A stretch of 64,000 nucleotides of DNA, taken from contig CAWGMQ010000005.1 of NCBI GenBank assembly GCA_963823665.1, positions 800,001 to 864,000 of the forward strand. Direction: 5' to 3'. The notes beneath the pieces were generated by a model. The model was not told where the DNA came from and ran no database searches. It saw only the letters and a program-made list of their open reading frames with translations. Below, in pieces: positions 63,401 to 64,000 of the stretch; the stretch's first letter is position 1, and each line of letters begins with the position of its first letter. Position numbers and translations under genes: made by a program. This DNA is from an uncultured Planctomycetota bacterium (lineage in GTDB: Bacteria > Planctomycetota > Planctomycetia > Isosphaerales > Isosphaeraceae).

Positions 63401-64000
63401 GTCAATCTCAGCAGCTCCGACGCGAGCGCGCTGTTCTCGCCCCTCAGCTATGCCTTCACTGCGGGCGACGCCGGCACGCATTCCTTCTCGGCCACGCTCG
63501 AGACCGCGGGAACCCAGTCGATCAAGGCGTCCGACACCAGCAACAATGTCAGCGGAATCGAAACGGGCATCACGGTGCAGCCCGCTGCGGTCGCGAAGCT
63601 CGTCGTCTCCGGCTTCCCGACCAACCCCACCGCGGGAACGGCCCATAACTTCACGGTCACCGCGACCGATGCGTTCGGCAACGTGATCACCGGCTATCTG
63701 GGTACGGTGAATCTCAGCAGCACCGACCCGAACGCGGTCTTCTCGCCCCCCATCTACGCCTTCACTACCGGCGACGCCGGCACGCATTCCTTCTCGGCCA
63801 CGCTCGAGACCGCGGGAACCCAGTCGATCAAGGCGTCCGACACCAGCAACAATGTCAGCGGAACCGAAGCGGGCATCACGGTGCAGCCCGCCGCGCTCGC
63901 GAAGCTTCTCGTCTCAGGGTTCCCGACCAACCCCACCGCGGGAACGGCCCAGAGCTTCACGGTCACCGCGACCGATTCTTACGGGAATGTGATCACCGGA
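60437..64000 (+). CDS. Very large surface S8 protease with tandem Ig-like repeats; runs off the window end (absent from the ORF track because no stop is reached)
   Basis: EWLEGRTLLS N-terminal motif; PNDP, VDSG, GHGT, AAGN, GTSMAAP; same frame at spot checks 60437, 61802 and 63962; ~306 bp repeats from ~63250. Confidence 0.88.
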   Translation, partial: MSQRGRRSARSLTIARFFNGWTSVRPTAVTRRRRGVRVFLAAEWLEGRTLLSVPGANGLVPSASPATSSELGTFNLQLRSGSLQALSQLMPVITADGATVTATAISGLYVVQTPDQSMGQLEADLSSNPAVAYAEPVQTFQIQAAPNDPDYTNGDQWQFTGTWGVNAQAAWNVTTGSDQVIVADVDSGLNYNIKDIYDNVWLNQPEIPANVIGNLTDVYNDGVITFTDLNNPANQGAGKIEDTNGDGIITGTDVLASTSVGGWVNSSVPDTQDGDTADPNDFIGWNYVNDTNNPMDAEGHGTFTASEIAEMTNNSLGGAGLVWNTQIMPVAFLDSSGNGTDTAAAEAVDYAVNHGAKVINASWGGTGTDSTIEAAIAYADSHGVIIVAAAGNNGADDDTTFFSPASYSAQYPNVISVAAIGTNGSRASFSDYGVGTVQLAAPGVNVYSAASNGGFGTMSGTSMAAPMVTGAVALVEAAHPSWTMSQVVDAIVDTVTPDPSLAGVVTSGGVLNVGAAVANTDGPYVVSGTPDGSINTTGGFSTVQLTFNEEINPATFTSSQVTFTGPGGVIPAADLTITAVSGSNDHEFQISFPSQSAAGTYKLTVGPDIQDWYGNDMNQNRNGANGEAADAFTETIRLTAPGSTDLLSITGIPTVTPAGTAETFTVTALSPNGGTDTSYAGTVHFTSTDPHAVLPANYPFTAANNGTHTFTVTFKTAGREAITATDTANPAIAGTEENFIVSPGAATSLKVAGFPTSDTAGTPQTFTVTALDTYGNVATSYTGTITFTSSDGAAVLPPNTTIVPEDQGTFSFTATLETVGTQSITATDTTTSSITGTESNISVELTVPKSLVITGFPATVTAGTAGNVTVTAYNADGTVTTGYTGTVDFSSTDGNALLPAPYTFTSADAGTHTFSVTLETAGSQSITVTDSSTSTLTGTETGITVQPAALAKLLVSGFPTNPTAGTAHNFTVTATDAYGNVITGYLGTVNLSSSDASALFSPLSYAFTAGDAGTHSFSATLETAGTQSIKASDTSNNVSGIETGITVQPAAVAKLVVSGFPTNPTAGTAHNFTVTATDAFGNVITGYLGTVNLSSTDPNAVFSPPIYAFTTGDAGTHSFSATLETAGTQSIKASDTSNNVSGTEAGITVQPAALAKLLVSGFPTNPTAGTAQSFTVTATDSYGNVITG

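Overview
GC-rich 64 kb window that looks planctomycetal (Isosphaeraceae-like), judging by LEPRxLL-type N-termini, a TIGR03067-like protein, a planctomycete cytochrome c domain, a long-tailed ECF sigma factor and GTAG REPs. Many otherwise intact genes are split by single indels, so long-read consensus error is likely. Layout: (1) 1-13.5 kb holds broken defence genes (DUF1156 methylase pieces, hsdM, SIR2, UPF0175/PIN TA pairs, DUF499 remnant) rearranged by an IS1634. (2) 13.5-29 kb is mostly metabolic and secreted-protein genes. (3) 29.1-34.3 kb is a minus-strand array of 7 mostly non-canonical tRNAs (Ser, His, Trp, 3x Arg, Cys; four share a G8/G14 swap for U8/A14) with an HNH nuclease, interrupted by an oppositely oriented S8 protease + MBL-fold nuclease pair. 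(4) 39.6-58 kb is an accessory region with four ORF-less group IIC intron 5' fragments at a GGTCAGACC palindrome separating TA/defence-like modules (HigBA-like, TIGR04255 triad), a 1.47 kb duplication and two tRNA-Leu att-like scars. (5) A very large S8/Ig-like surface protein runs off the right end. All family calls come from motif recognition by eye; no database search was run.
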